NCBI GenBank assembly: GCA_043811375.1
Contig: JBDRNJ010000030.1
Span: 1 to 35,531, forward strand
Source: a bacterium
GTDB taxonomy: Bacteria > Zixibacteria > MSB-5A5 > GN15 > FEB-12
Direction of reading: 5' to 3'
DNA: 35,531 bases
The notes under the pieces: generated by a model
What the model was told of the DNA's origin: nothing
The model's input: the letters and a program-made list of their open reading frames with translations, nothing else
The model's database searches: none
Shown: piece after piece, positions 25,532 through 35,100 of the stretch
How positions within the stretch are numbered: position 1 is the stretch's first letter
Layout: every line of letters starts with the position of its first letter
Translations under genes and position numbers: made by a program

Positions 25532-26707
25532 TCAACGAGCAGGCTGGTAGCTCAGCAGTTCCCAGGTGACAGTTTTGCTGGGACCCAGATTGTATTCCCT
25601 TTCAATACGGGATACCAGTCCTACACCAGGCACCAGCCAGTTGTCCACAAACCAGAAGTAGTTTAATCCCTGGCGTGAGTGGCGGTAACGGAAGCCGACA
25701 TTAAATGTTCCGGCTGGTACACTTACGGGTCCTTTTTCTTCCAAATCCTGGAGGGGATCAGAGGTATTCATTCCCCAAGAACGCCCGACGGCCAGGGGAA
25801 ACTCATAATCGAGTGGGTAGAAATAGGCAGCATCTGTATCGGGATATGGGATCACCATATCTCCAGTCACGACAACATACTCTGTGTCGATCCAATTAGT
25901 AGCTGCGTACTCCCAGATCGTTGCATGGAGGTTTCCATGAATAGTTGTGGTGTCAACGATGGTCACTGTCAACGTGTCATATTCGTCACTGAAGGACCAT
26001 CGGTTTATTTCATACGTCCACTGCCAGCCGACTTCGTTAGGGAACTGGTGGATGTCGAACGTGTGCAGGTTGTAGCTCACCAATTCCCAGACTTCATTGA
26101 CTATCGTGAAAACTATTCCGCCGGTCGACCATCGTCTCAGTCGGTACCTGTAAGCGGAACCCACACCAGGGACTATCCAGGTGGTAATGTAATTGCCGCC
26201 GCCTTCGAAGTCGACCATCCAGGAACGGTCAATGCGGGTAGCGTTAGTAAAGATGCCGGACGGGGTCGATATCGTGCCGTAGTCGATAACGCGGCTAGTA
26301 TCACCGGCCCAGATCAACGGACCGGTCCAGACATTTCCCAATTCCAACGGAAAAACGAAAATCTCGAAAGGCGGGGCATTGCAAGTGTCATACCAGATTT
26401 TGAGGGTGTCATCATCCAGTAAGACCAACCTGGTCGTGACCGAATCACCATAATTATACCTCCATACCGTAACCTCGACGATCCCGGCCAGAGAATGAGT
26501 GTCGACGATCGAAACTTGTACCGTATCGGTGGTGCCGGTCAGGCTGTCATAGACCTCGTATGTCCACAACATGCCGACGGCAGCGGGGAAATCAGTGATT
26601 CCCGACGAATCTCGACCGCCCCCGGTGAGAGGACTGTCGTCATCGCAGGCAGCCACCAGCAGTAACATCAGGCATATAGTGCCCAAGAGCTTTATGATGG
26701 TACTCAT
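25532..26707 (-). CDS. Lipoprotein with two tandem homologous beta-rich domains
   Basis: Lipobox LLVAAC; repeated FP..VG..WTYE / FPL..G..W / V.(T/V)P.G.F / W.VPGVG / WEL.SY; GGAGG SD. Confidence 0.8.
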   Translation of the reverse strand: MSTIIKLLGTICLMLLLVAACDDDSPLTGGGRDSSGITDFPAAVGMLWTYEVYDSLTGTTDTVQVSIVDTHSLAGIVEVTVWRYNYGDSVTTRLVLLDDDTLKIWYDTCNAPPFEIFVFPLELGNVWTGPLIWAGDTSRVIDYGTISTPSGIFTNATRIDRSWMVDFEGGGNYITTWIVPGVGSAYRYRLRRWSTGGIVFTIVNEVWELVSYNLHTFDIHQFPNEVGWQWTYEINRWSFSDEYDTLTVTIVDTTTIHGNLHATIWEYAATNWIDTEYVVVTGDMVIPYPDTDAAYFYPLDYEFPLAVGRSWGMNTSDPLQDLEEKGPVSVPAGTFNVGFRYRHSRQGLNYFWFVDNWLVPGVGLVSRIEREYNLGPSKTVTWELLSYQPAR

Positions 26708-26758
26708 AATCCGAATCCTCCCGCAGTTGCCGTCCCTGGGGGCCGTTCTTCACCTGAA

Positions 26759-26787
26759 AATATATGTCTAAAGACGGTCAGAGTCAA
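26759..26787 (-). promoter_or_regulatory. Sigma70 promoter for the lipoprotein gene
   Basis: Minus strand TTGACT (26787-26782), N17, TATATT (26764-26759). Confidence 0.6.
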
Positions 26788-26839
26788 GATTTGTGCAAAT
26801 CTTATGGCCGGTTGTAATCGGCTCAGGAATCCAACGGGC

Positions 26840-26868
26840 TTGTGCAGCATGACGGCACGCACTATATT
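26840..26868 (+). promoter_or_regulatory. Sigma70 promoter for ltaE (predicted leaderless transcript)
   Basis: TTGTGC, N17, TATATT ending 7 nt before ATG 26876; no SD. Confidence 0.55.
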
Positions 26869-26875
26869 AAGCCCC

Positions 26876-27904
26876 ATGAAAGTGATTGATCTGCGATCTG
26901 ATACGGTAACCAGGCCATCGTCGGAGATGCGGCAGGCTATGTTCACCGCTGAAGTCGGCGATGATGTTTTCGGCGATGACCCGACCGTCAAGGAACTGGA
27001 GAACTACGTTGCCGGGCTGTTCGAGCGAGAGGCCGCCCTGTTTGTGCCGTCCGGGACGATGGGTAACCAGGTCTGTCTGAAAGCCCACTCTCAACCGGGC
27101 TGGGAATTGCTGTGCGATAGACAAAGCCACATTATCAATTACGAGGTGGCCGGTCCGGTAGTTCACTCCGGACTGCTGGTGAATCTCCTTGACACTGAGC
27201 GGGGAACAATAACATCCGACATGATTCGGGACAACATCCGACCGGTTAACCTGCACTGCCCGCTGACGAAACTGGTCTCTCTGGAAAACAGCCACAACCG
27301 GCACGGGGGTACTATCTATGACCAGCAGGAGATTGTCCGCGTCAGAAAAGTATGCGATGAATTCGATCTCATATTGCACCTGGACGGCGCCCGTATCTGG
27401 AACGTGCACATGGCAACCGGCCTGTCCCTGCCGGAACTGACACGACTGTTCGATTCGATTTCAGTCTGCCTGTCCAAGGGGCTGGGAGCGCCGATCGGCT
27501 CAATAGTGCTCGGTTCGGCGGAGTTCATCGAACGCTGCCGCAGAATCCGCAAGCTGTTCGGCGGTGGAATGCGCCAGGTGGGTATTATTGCCGCCGCCGG
27601 TCTCTACGCTGTCAGGCACAACCTGGAGCGTCTGGCCGATGATCATGCCAACGCTCGTCTGCTGGCTGAGGGGTTAGACCGTATCGACCTGTTCGAGGTC
27701 GATCTCTCGCGCGTGCAGACGAACATCGTGGTAGCTAAAGTTACCGGTGACCGAACAGCCGAGGTTGTTATACAAAAGCTGAAAGAAGCCGACGTCTGGG
27801 TAGTTCCCTTTGGTCCTAAGCAGATTCGGATGGTAACACACCTCGACGTTACCCGTGCCGATTGTGAAGAAGCCCTGGCCAGAATACGAAGAACCTGCGG
27901 TTGA
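26876..27904 (+). CDS. ltaE: Low-specificity L-threonine aldolase
   Basis: Start reassigned to [50 protein letters not shown] (PLP Lys), GGGMRQ.G. Confidence 0.94.
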   Translation: MKVIDLRSDTVTRPSSEMRQAMFTAEVGDDVFGDDPTVKELENYVAGLFEREAALFVPSGTMGNQVCLKAHSQPGWELLCDRQSHIINYEVAGPVVHSGLLVNLLDTERGTITSDMIRDNIRPVNLHCPLTKLVSLENSHNRHGGTIYDQQEIVRVRKVCDEFDLILHLDGARIWNVHMATGLSLPELTRLFDSISVCLSKGLGAPIGSIVLGSAEFIERCRRIRKLFGGGMRQVGIIAAAGLYAVRHNLERLADDHANARLLAEGLDRIDLFEVDLSRVQTNIVVAKVTGDRTAEVVIQKLKEADVWVVPFGPKQIRMVTHLDVTRADCEEALARIRRTCG

Positions 27905-27969
27905 GAAACACTCCCCGGCACACCGTTCCGGTTTATCCTGCCGGGATTCGTCGCAAACGCCCAAAGTTC

Positions 27970-27998
27970 TTGACAAAAGCCGCTTAACGGATTATCTT
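27970..27998 (+). promoter_or_regulatory. Sigma70 promoter for the FG-GAP/dockerin gene
   Basis: TTGACA, N17, TATCTT. Confidence 0.6.
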
Positions 27999-28120
27999 GC
28001 AACCGGTTTAATATAACCGATCACAGGTACCAATCCGTAGTGAGCGTGGGCTGTCCCGCAGTCACAGCAGGATCGCCGGCCGCCCTGCAGGTTGCATAAC
28101 ATCATACCTCGGGAGACGTC

Positions 28121-30793
28121 ATGATGAAGCGTGTGTTCACTCACCAGTCAATTATCAACTCTATCCTGTTTACCGTCTGCCTGATGCTGCTGTCCGCAGG
28201 TGGACAACCGGCTGTGGCCGACAGCCTCGGCGCCGAGCCGATCTGGATCTATGACTCCGATCTGTATGTCAGACATGTGGCTTCGGAGGACCTCAATGGC
28301 GACAATGTCCCGGACATCATCGCCGGGGAATACAATACCGACTACTATGGTAATCCTTCCCGGGTCATTGCCATCAACGGCTATAACGGCGACACCCTGT
28401 GGACCTACCTGCTCGATGATGGGGTGCGGTCGATGGCTGTCGGTGACATCAACGATGACGGGGTCGCCGACGTGGTGGCCGGAGCTTCATATCATTCGAC
28501 AAATACTCCCGATGGCCGTATTCACGCCATCGACGGCACCGATGGCAGCCAGTTGTGGACGTTCTATACCGGAGCTACCAATCAGGACGTCACTATCGGT
28601 GATCTCAACGGGGATGCTTATATGGATGTGGCGGTGGGCTGTTTTGACGACTACGTCTACGCCATCAACGGCCAGACCGGTAATCAGCTCTGGAGGGAAT
28701 TGATCGGCAGCATGTGGATCAACGCCGTGGCTACCGGTGATGTAAACGCCGATGATACCGACGACGTCGCCTACGCCCATGAATACCTGGCCGGTTGGGA
28801 CAATCACTTCGGTGTCATCGACGGCACCGACGGCACGGTTCTCTGGGACTCGATTGTCGACTATGTGGTATCTTCGGTGCTGATGGATGATATCGATGAC
28901 GACGGTCAGTTGGAGACAGTTTTCGGCGGTGTCAGCGCTGCCGACCAGGGGACGATTTATGTACGCAACGCGTCTACCGGTGTTCTTGAGTGGCAGTATG
29001 CGATCGGACCCGTCGATCACACTAACGGTGACATTTTCCTCGGTGCGCATGACATTGATGGTGACAATGATCTGGACTTGATTGTCGGTAATAATATCGG
29101 CTCATACTTCGTGTACGCCTTCGAAGGCGATGCCGCCACTCCCATGTGGATTTCCGATACCCTCAACGGCTATCCCAAGTACCTGGCATTTGGTGACGTT
29201 ACCGGTGACGGCTATCAGAACGTGGTGGCCGTTACTTTCGACCGGGTGCAAGTCCTCAATGCCGTTGACGGCAGCAAAGTCTGGTACTACTCGGTCGGCG
29301 GCACTATTGCCGCCGTAACCACCGGCGATTATGACGACGATGGGGTGATGGATGTCGGTGCCGGGGGTGGCGCCGATAACTCCGGTATTCCTCCCGATCC
29401 CGGCAAGTCGGTGTGGGCGCTGCGAACTACCGCCTCGCAGTTGTTGTGGGAGTTTGACTTCGGTGAGTACGGCAACGCCCTGGCTATCGGTGATCTTACC
29501 GACGATCCGCAACTGGATGTTGTGGTCGTCTCGTCTTCCGATGATACCGTGATAGCTATTGACGGCGAAACCGGTCTCGAATTGTGGAGCTGGGACGGTA
29601 CCGACAACCTGTTCGCCGTAGTCACCGGCGATTTTGACAAGGACGGTCAGATCGACGTAGCGGTCGGCGGCTGGGACAACACGGTTACGGCCCTGAAAGG
29701 CAATATCGGCGGTGTGATGTGGCAGTTTACAACACCCACCGACGATATCTACCGCAAGTGCCTGGCCGTCACGGATGTCAATGGCGACAGTAATATGGAT
29801 GTCATCGCAGGTTCCGAGGACAACCATGTCTATGCCATCAACGGTGAAACCGGCCTCGAGATATGGTCCACCATCAGTTTCCCCAGCGACATCAACGAAG
29901 TGGAACTGGCGCAGATGAACACCAGCGGACCGCTTGATGTAGTGGCCGCGATAGGTGGAACATCGGGGAAGATGGTGGTTATCGATGGTTTTAGCGGGGA
30001 CGTGATCTGGGAGTACAGCACCAATACGGCTTATGCCGAGCATGTTGAAGTCCTCGACGCTGACAACGATGACACGCTCGATGTCGCGATCGGCATACAG
30101 AAGATGGGCGCCACTGCCGGACGGTTGATTGTCGTCAATGGCGCCACCCACACACAAATGTGGACCGTTGATCCCTTCGTCCCCACGGTAAATACGGGAC
30201 TGGCGCACGGCGATCTGAATCTGGACGGTGCTGACGACCTGGTGGCCGGCGGCAATACCGATGACCGCTCGGTTTACGCCTATCACGGTCCCAGCGGCGC
30301 ACAGTTGTGGAGCTTTCCGACCGGGGGAGAGGTCAATGTCGTGCGGGTAGCCGAGGTTACCGGCGATACGGTACCCGATGTTATCGCCGGGTCCGATGAC
30401 CAGATGGTTTACGTCCTCGATGGCATCAGCGGTTTGAGTTCCTTCAGCTACAGCACCGCCGGTGATGTCATGGACATCCAAATCGGCGATATCAGTGGTG
30501 ACGGCGCCGCCAACATAGCCTGCGTCATATTCGGCTCCAACGGTATTGCATACGCCTTCCGCGCTCTCTACTCGACCGGATGCTGTCAGGTCCGAGGTGA
30601 TGTTGACGGCAGCGATGCTATCGACGTGGGTGACCTGACCTACCTGGTCGCCTATCTCTTTCAGGGCGGACCAGAGCCGCCATGTCTTGAGGAAGGGGAC
30701 GTTGACGCCAGCGGTAGTATTGACGTTGGTGATCTGACGTACCTGGTTGCTTACCTCTTCCAGGGTGGCCCGGTTCCACCGCCGTGCCCGTAA
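28121..30793 (+). CDS. Secreted FG-GAP/PQQ-like beta-propeller repeat protein with C-terminal dockerin-like (EF-hand) duplication
   Basis: Signal peptide; many GDxxxDGxxD(V/I) and AIxGxxGxxLW repeats; C-terminal CC..RGDVDGS..IDVGDLTYLVAYLFQGGP.PPC twice (99-nt period, 30596 and 30695). Confidence 0.9.
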   Translation: MMKRVFTHQSIINSILFTVCLMLLSAGGQPAVADSLGAEPIWIYDSDLYVRHVASEDLNGDNVPDIIAGEYNTDYYGNPSRVIAINGYNGDTLWTYLLDDGVRSMAVGDINDDGVADVVAGASYHSTNTPDGRIHAIDGTDGSQLWTFYTGATNQDVTIGDLNGDAYMDVAVGCFDDYVYAINGQTGNQLWRELIGSMWINAVATGDVNADDTDDVAYAHEYLAGWDNHFGVIDGTDGTVLWDSIVDYVVSSVLMDDIDDDGQLETVFGGVSAADQGTIYVRNASTGVLEWQYAIGPVDHTNGDIFLGAHDIDGDNDLDLIVGNNIGSYFVYAFEGDAATPMWISDTLNGYPKYLAFGDVTGDGYQNVVAVTFDRVQVLNAVDGSKVWYYSVGGTIAAVTTGDYDDDGVMDVGAGGGADNSGIPPDPGKSVWALRTTASQLLWEFDFGEYGNALAIGDLTDDPQLDVVVVSSSDDTVIAIDGETGLELWSWDGTDNLFAVVTGDFDKDGQIDVAVGGWDNTVTALKGNIGGVMWQFTTPTDDIYRKCLAVTDVNGDSNMDVIAGSEDNHVYAINGETGLEIWSTISFPSDINEVELAQMNTSGPLDVVAAIGGTSGKMVVIDGFSGDVIWEYSTNTAYAEHVEVLDADNDDTLDVAIGIQKMGATAGRLIVVNGATHTQMWTVDPFVPTVNTGLAHGDLNLDGADDLVAGGNTDDRSVYAYHGPSGAQLWSFPTGGEVNVVRVAEVTGDTVPDVIAGSDDQMVYVLDGISGLSSFSYSTAGDVMDIQIGDISGDGAANIACVIFGSNGIAYAFRALYSTGCCQVRGDVDGSDAIDVGDLTYLVAYLFQGGPEPPCLEEGDVDASGSIDVGDLTYLVAYLFQGGPVPPPCP

Positions 30794-30847
30794 GCAGCAG
30801 GTAGGGCACGGCCGTCCTTTTCCATGTGTAAAAAGAAAAACCACCAG

Positions 30848-30876
30848 CAGCCCCTCAATATGAGGGGCTGTCTTTT
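30848..30876 (+). terminator. Rho-independent terminator
   Basis: CAGCCCCTCA-ATA-TGAGGGGCTG, a perfect 10-bp stem followed by TCTTTT. Confidence 0.75.
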
Positions 30877-30903
30877 CGCCTGTTGCTATTGATACAAATA
30901 CTG

Positions 30904-30932
30904 TTGACTTCCATATGGTAACCACCTATTTT
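30904..30932 (+). promoter_or_regulatory. Sigma70 promoter for the CBS/DASS genes
   Basis: TTGACT, N17, TATTTT, upstream of an AGGAG SD. Confidence 0.5.
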
Positions 30933-30956
30933 CTTCAACTGAACAGGAGATACATT

Positions 30957-31481
30957 ATGGAAAATGTACGCGTCGGCGATATTATGATCCCCCTGGAGGA
31001 TTATCCCCACTTGCAGGACTCGTGTTCTCTGCGCCAAGCAATTGAGATCATAGAAAAATCACAACTGGAGCGACACGGGCGTAAATCTCTTCCCCGGGTG
31101 CTGTTGGTGTTTAATGAGAAATCGGAGTTACTGGGAACGGTTAGGCGACGGGATATCCTGCGCGGCCTGGAACCCGAGTTCCTCCTGCAGGAGCCGATCA
31201 CCTATCGCCGCAAGCTCTTTGATGTCAAGATCGACCCCGACCTCTCTGAATTGTCTTTCGACAAAGTGATTTCCGGTGTTCGTGAGCGGGCTAACCGGCC
31301 GGTGAGTGAAGTGATGTTGCCCATTTTGGCGACCGTTGATTATCAGGATCACATCATCAAGGTCATATACGAGATGAACATGCACAACGTCAGCATTCTG
31401 CCGGTGCTCAAGGACAGCAGGGTTGTTGGTATCGTTCGCACTGTCGAAATCGTCCATGTGATTGCCGGTATTATACTGTAA
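30957..31481 (+). CDS. CBS-domain pair protein
   Basis: AGGAG SD before ATG 30957; V.DIMIP...YP, LLGTV...DIL, V.EVM.P, LPV.....VVGIV. Confidence 0.88.
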   Translation: MENVRVGDIMIPLEDYPHLQDSCSLRQAIEIIEKSQLERHGRKSLPRVLLVFNEKSELLGTVRRRDILRGLEPEFLLQEPITYRRKLFDVKIDPDLSELSFDKVISGVRERANRPVSEVMLPILATVDYQDHIIKVIYEMNMHNVSILPVLKDSRVVGIVRTVEIVHVIAGIIL

Positions 31482-31520
31482 CAGGACGATATCTCGTAAC
31501 CCATAATCAAAGATCAATCA

Positions 31521-33041
31521 TTGATGCCAGGTGAGGATAAAAGAATTGACAGCGGCCGGACCCCGGAGTCGACTGATGTATATCTTGTCGGAGTAGTCCG
31601 GCGCATCGACTGGAAACGCCTCTTCTATGTGATGCTCGGTATCGCCCTGTTTTGCATTGTCTACTTCGCACCGCAAATGCCCGACGCTGTCGATCCGCAG
31701 GGGAAACATTTCGTGCTGACATCGCAGGGTAAAGCTGCCCTGGCCCTGTTTTTCCTGACTGTCGTCTGGTGGGTTTTTGAGGTGATACCGATCGGGGTTA
31801 CCAGCATCGCTGTTGGTGTTATCCAGGTGTTGTTTCTGATCCGACCGGCCAAAGTGGCCTTCGGCGATTTCATGGACCCGTCGGTCTGGTTTATTATCGG
31901 CTCGGTGGTGATTGGTATGGCTTTCAGTCGGACCGGACTGACCAAGCGGTTGGCCTACAGAATGCTTACCCTGGTGGGAGAACGCACCAGTGTCATCTAC
32001 CTCGGTGTTTTTGTTATGACGGCCGGTATGACGCTGATTATGGCACATACCGCCGTGGCGGCCGCTATTTTTCCGCTGTTGTTGGCCATATATCCTTTGT
32101 ACCGGGAGGATCAGAAACCGACCCGCTTCGGCAAAGGACTGTTTATCGGTATGGCCTTCACGGCCGGCGCCGGAAGCATTATTACTTTGCTGGGGGCTGC
32201 TCGGGGCGCTGTCGCTATCGGTTTCTTTAAGGATATAGTTGGCCGGGACATTTCATTTTTTGGTCTGACCTACTATATGCTGCCGATCGGGGTACTGATG
32301 GTGTTTCTTCTGTGGGGCTTTTTCATGGTCTTTTTCCGGCCCGAAAAGAGTCGCATCCCGGGTTTGCGGGAACGCGCCAAGGCGCTCCATTCCCGGTTGG
32401 GACCCCTGAGCCGGCACGAGATGATGACACTCGCTATCGTATTTGGCGCCATTGCCGTGCTGGGCTTACGGTCCTTTATCCCGGCGATGGCCGTGCTCAA
32501 CAAAAGCGCCATCCTGCTGGTGACAACCGTTCTGTTCTTCCTGTCCCGGATATTAAAACTGGATGACCTGGAAGAGATACCCTGGAACATCATCCTGTTG
32601 TTCGGGGGCGCCATGAGTATCGGCTTCTGCCTCTGGCAGACCGGCGCTGCCGAGTGGCTGGCTATCAACTGGCTGGCTATGTTCGAGCAATCACACTGGT
32701 TCATCTTCGTAATGGGCATCGCCTTTTTCGTCCTGATAATGACCAACGTCATCATGAATGTGGCTGCTATCGCCATCTGTCTGCCGGTAGCCCTTGTAAT
32801 TGCACCGTATCTCGGGGTGGCGCCGGATGTTATCCTGTTTGCCTCCCTGGTCACGGCCGGTATGCCGTTCCTGCTGCTGGTAGGAGCCGCGCCAAACGCC
32901 ATAGCATACGAGAGTAAACAGTTTACATCGGGAGAATTCTTCATGGCCGGTATTCCAGCCAGCATCCTCCTGATGGTGGTTCTGGCTGGATTCGTGCTGG
33001 TGGTCTGGCCGTTGATGGGGATGCGGATTCTGACCGGATAG
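31521..33041 (+). CDS. SLC13/DASS-family (Na+/dicarboxylate-sulfate) permease
   Basis: WWVFEVIPIGVT, TGLTKRLA, IPWNIILLFGGA..IG, TGAAEWLA, GAAPNAIAY; start TTG 31521 or ATG 31524. Confidence 0.88.
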   Translation: MMPGEDKRIDSGRTPESTDVYLVGVVRRIDWKRLFYVMLGIALFCIVYFAPQMPDAVDPQGKHFVLTSQGKAALALFFLTVVWWVFEVIPIGVTSIAVGVIQVLFLIRPAKVAFGDFMDPSVWFIIGSVVIGMAFSRTGLTKRLAYRMLTLVGERTSVIYLGVFVMTAGMTLIMAHTAVAAAIFPLLLAIYPLYREDQKPTRFGKGLFIGMAFTAGAGSIITLLGAARGAVAIGFFKDIVGRDISFFGLTYYMLPIGVLMVFLLWGFFMVFFRPEKSRIPGLRERAKALHSRLGPLSRHEMMTLAIVFGAIAVLGLRSFIPAMAVLNKSAILLVTTVLFFLSRILKLDDLEEIPWNIILLFGGAMSIGFCLWQTGAAEWLAINWLAMFEQSHWFIFVMGIAFFVLIMTNVIMNVAAIAICLPVALVIAPYLGVAPDVILFASLVTAGMPFLLLVGAAPNAIAYESKQFTSGEFFMAGIPASILLMVVLAGFVLVVWPLMGMRILTG

Positions 33042-33122
33042 ACTGGTACTCGGTAGTAGAATAAACAACCGGCGCCGTTTCGGCATTTAGATGCATGATC
33101 ACGTGGGAAAACAAACAACCAG

Positions 33123-34097
33123 ATGAATGAAAATAGCAATCAGATTAACTGGTCGGACCGTTGCTGGAAGGAGATGTTGATCTACCAGCGCCGTCGCGAA
33201 ATCCTGCCGGACACGTTGGACAAGCTGGCTTGTTGGATTGATCTGAAACCCGGACTGACGGTTGTGGACATTGGCTGCGGATTAGGCTTTCTGGGTTACA
33301 CCTTCTGGCCGTACTTCGGACAGGGTGGCAGCTACCTGGGGATTGATCTGTCCCGGGAGCTTCTGTGCGAAACGGCACGGAGTGCAAAAAAGTGGGCTGT
33401 CGGCGGCCATGCCGACTTTCAGGCGGGTGACGCTTATCAGCTGCCATTGGCCGATTCCTGTGCCGATGTCGTTATCTGTCAGACCCTCATGATGCATCTT
33501 GAGCATCCTCAACAAGCTCTGGCTGAAATGATTCGCGTTTCTCGGTCCGGCGGATTGGTGGTCTGCCTGGAACCCGACAACGTGGCTACCCTGATGACGC
33601 TTGCATACCCGTCTGTGCCCCGGTTTGATATCGAGGCGCGGTTGCTGTTTGCCAAAGTGGCGCTGGTATGCAACAAGGGGCGTATCAACCGCGGACAGGG
33701 TGATAACAGCATCGGAGCCAATATCCCATCCATGATGAAACAGCTCGGTTTGTCCGATATTGGTGTCCGCATAAACGACCGGGTTTACTATACGGAACCG
33801 CCATACGAAGGAGATTTGCAGCAGTTTCATCTCGAGTGGGACAGGAAGAAATGGCTCGACGATGAATTGTGCCGGGTCCGTATCGATCGGGATGAACAGG
33901 ACTTCGCTGCCGGCGGTGGTGATCCTGGCGAATTCGAGCGTTACCGGAAGCTGTACGACAGTATCAGAGCCACCATACAGCAGCAACTGAACGACGGCAC
34001 CTTTTTTCAGTGCGGCTCCGGTGACTTCTATATCTGTAAAGGACGCAAGCTCGACCAGAATGACCAACGGCAGACCCAATCGGTTGATCAGGTCTGA
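33123..34097 (+). CDS. Class I SAM-dependent methyltransferase
   Basis: VVDIGCGLG, GIDLS, GDAYQLPL.D...DVV, LMMHL..P..ALAEM.RV...GG. Confidence 0.88.
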   Translation: MNENSNQINWSDRCWKEMLIYQRRREILPDTLDKLACWIDLKPGLTVVDIGCGLGFLGYTFWPYFGQGGSYLGIDLSRELLCETARSAKKWAVGGHADFQAGDAYQLPLADSCADVVICQTLMMHLEHPQQALAEMIRVSRSGGLVVCLEPDNVATLMTLAYPSVPRFDIEARLLFAKVALVCNKGRINRGQGDNSIGANIPSMMKQLGLSDIGVRINDRVYYTEPPYEGDLQQFHLEWDRKKWLDDELCRVRIDRDEQDFAAGGGDPGEFERYRKLYDSIRATIQQQLNDGTFFQCGSGDFYICKGRKLDQNDQRQTQSVDQV

Positions 34098-34167
34098 TTT
34101 CAATTGTGAAAAAGGCTGGGATTTCCTGCCTTGAGAGTATTATAATGAGGGAGCGGAGCTACGGACT

Positions 34168-35031
34168 ATGAGATTTGGCCTGATAGCAAATGTACAGCGC
34201 GAAAGCGTCAACCGGGCAATCGCTGCCTTTATCGGTTGGGCTCGAGAGACCGGCCACGATGTCGTCCTGGCGGAAGAACTCAAGCAGACCGTTACCGAGG
34301 ACGTGGAATTTCATCCACGGCCCTCGCTGCCCGCTGAGGTTGATGTTCTGGTGTCGATGGGTGGTGACGGGACTCTGCTGGCCTCGGCCCGGGCAGTCGG
34401 TGAGCAGGGAACGCCGCTGTTGGGAATCAACCTCGGTTCACTGGGTTTTCTGACACAGTTCCCCGAAGAACATCTCAGGCAGGCGCTTGACGCGATCGTT
34501 GCCGGTGACTACCAAATCGAAGAACGGATGATGCTGCGAGTCTATGTCGAAGGTAAGCGGCAATTGGACAACCCCTTTGCTCTCAACGACGTAGTGGTAG
34601 ACAACGGTCCCGTCAGCCGCCTGATCGACATCAACCTGCGTGTCAACGGTGAAGATATTGTCGCCTACAAGGCCGACGGGCTGGTGATCGCCACACCGAC
34701 CGGCTCGACCGCTTATTCGCTGGCGGTCGGCGGGCCGATCATGCACCCCAAGATGGAGGCCATTATAGCCGCCCCCATTTCCTCTTTTTCGCTCAACACG
34801 CGACCGATGGTTTTTTCCGGCAGCGATGTGCTGGAACTCAACATCCACTCGGAGCACGGTGTGGCCGGATTGACTCTCGACGGCCAGGTCACGGCGCCGT
34901 TGATCGACACTGACCAGGTGGTCATCAGACGCGCCGATTTCCATCTGAAGCTGGTCACATTCCCGCAATACTCTTTCTATAAGTTGCTGCGCAACAAGCT
35001 GCACTGGGGGGTCGCGCCGAAGGCGAAGTGA
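34168..35031 (+). CDS. nadK: NAD+ kinase
   Basis: GGDGTLL, GINLGSLGFL, ALND, ADGLVIATPTGSTAYSLAVGGP, KLHWG. Confidence 0.96.
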   Translation: MRFGLIANVQRESVNRAIAAFIGWARETGHDVVLAEELKQTVTEDVEFHPRPSLPAEVDVLVSMGGDGTLLASARAVGEQGTPLLGINLGSLGFLTQFPEEHLRQALDAIVAGDYQIEERMMLRVYVEGKRQLDNPFALNDVVVDNGPVSRLIDINLRVNGEDIVAYKADGLVIATPTGSTAYSLAVGGPIMHPKMEAIIAAPISSFSLNTRPMVFSGSDVLELNIHSEHGVAGLTLDGQVTAPLIDTDQVVIRRADFHLKLVTFPQYSFYKLLRNKLHWGVAPKAK

Positions 35032-35100
35032 GGGGGGGCAACAAGTTGCTTTTGTGAATACAATCAGAAGGTAAGTTTGTCCGAAAAATCCCACAGCAAG

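Noticed and set aside
30781..30812. GTAGGGCACGGC as a GTAG REP
   Set aside because: It pairs with upstream GCCGTGCCC across the stop codon, so it is a simple 3' hairpin rather than a GTAG-foot REP.
29102..30925. 607-aa antisense ORF
   Set aside because: Shadow of the repetitive FG-GAP gene (GAC/GGC/GTC-rich codons give few antisense stops); no recognisable motifs.
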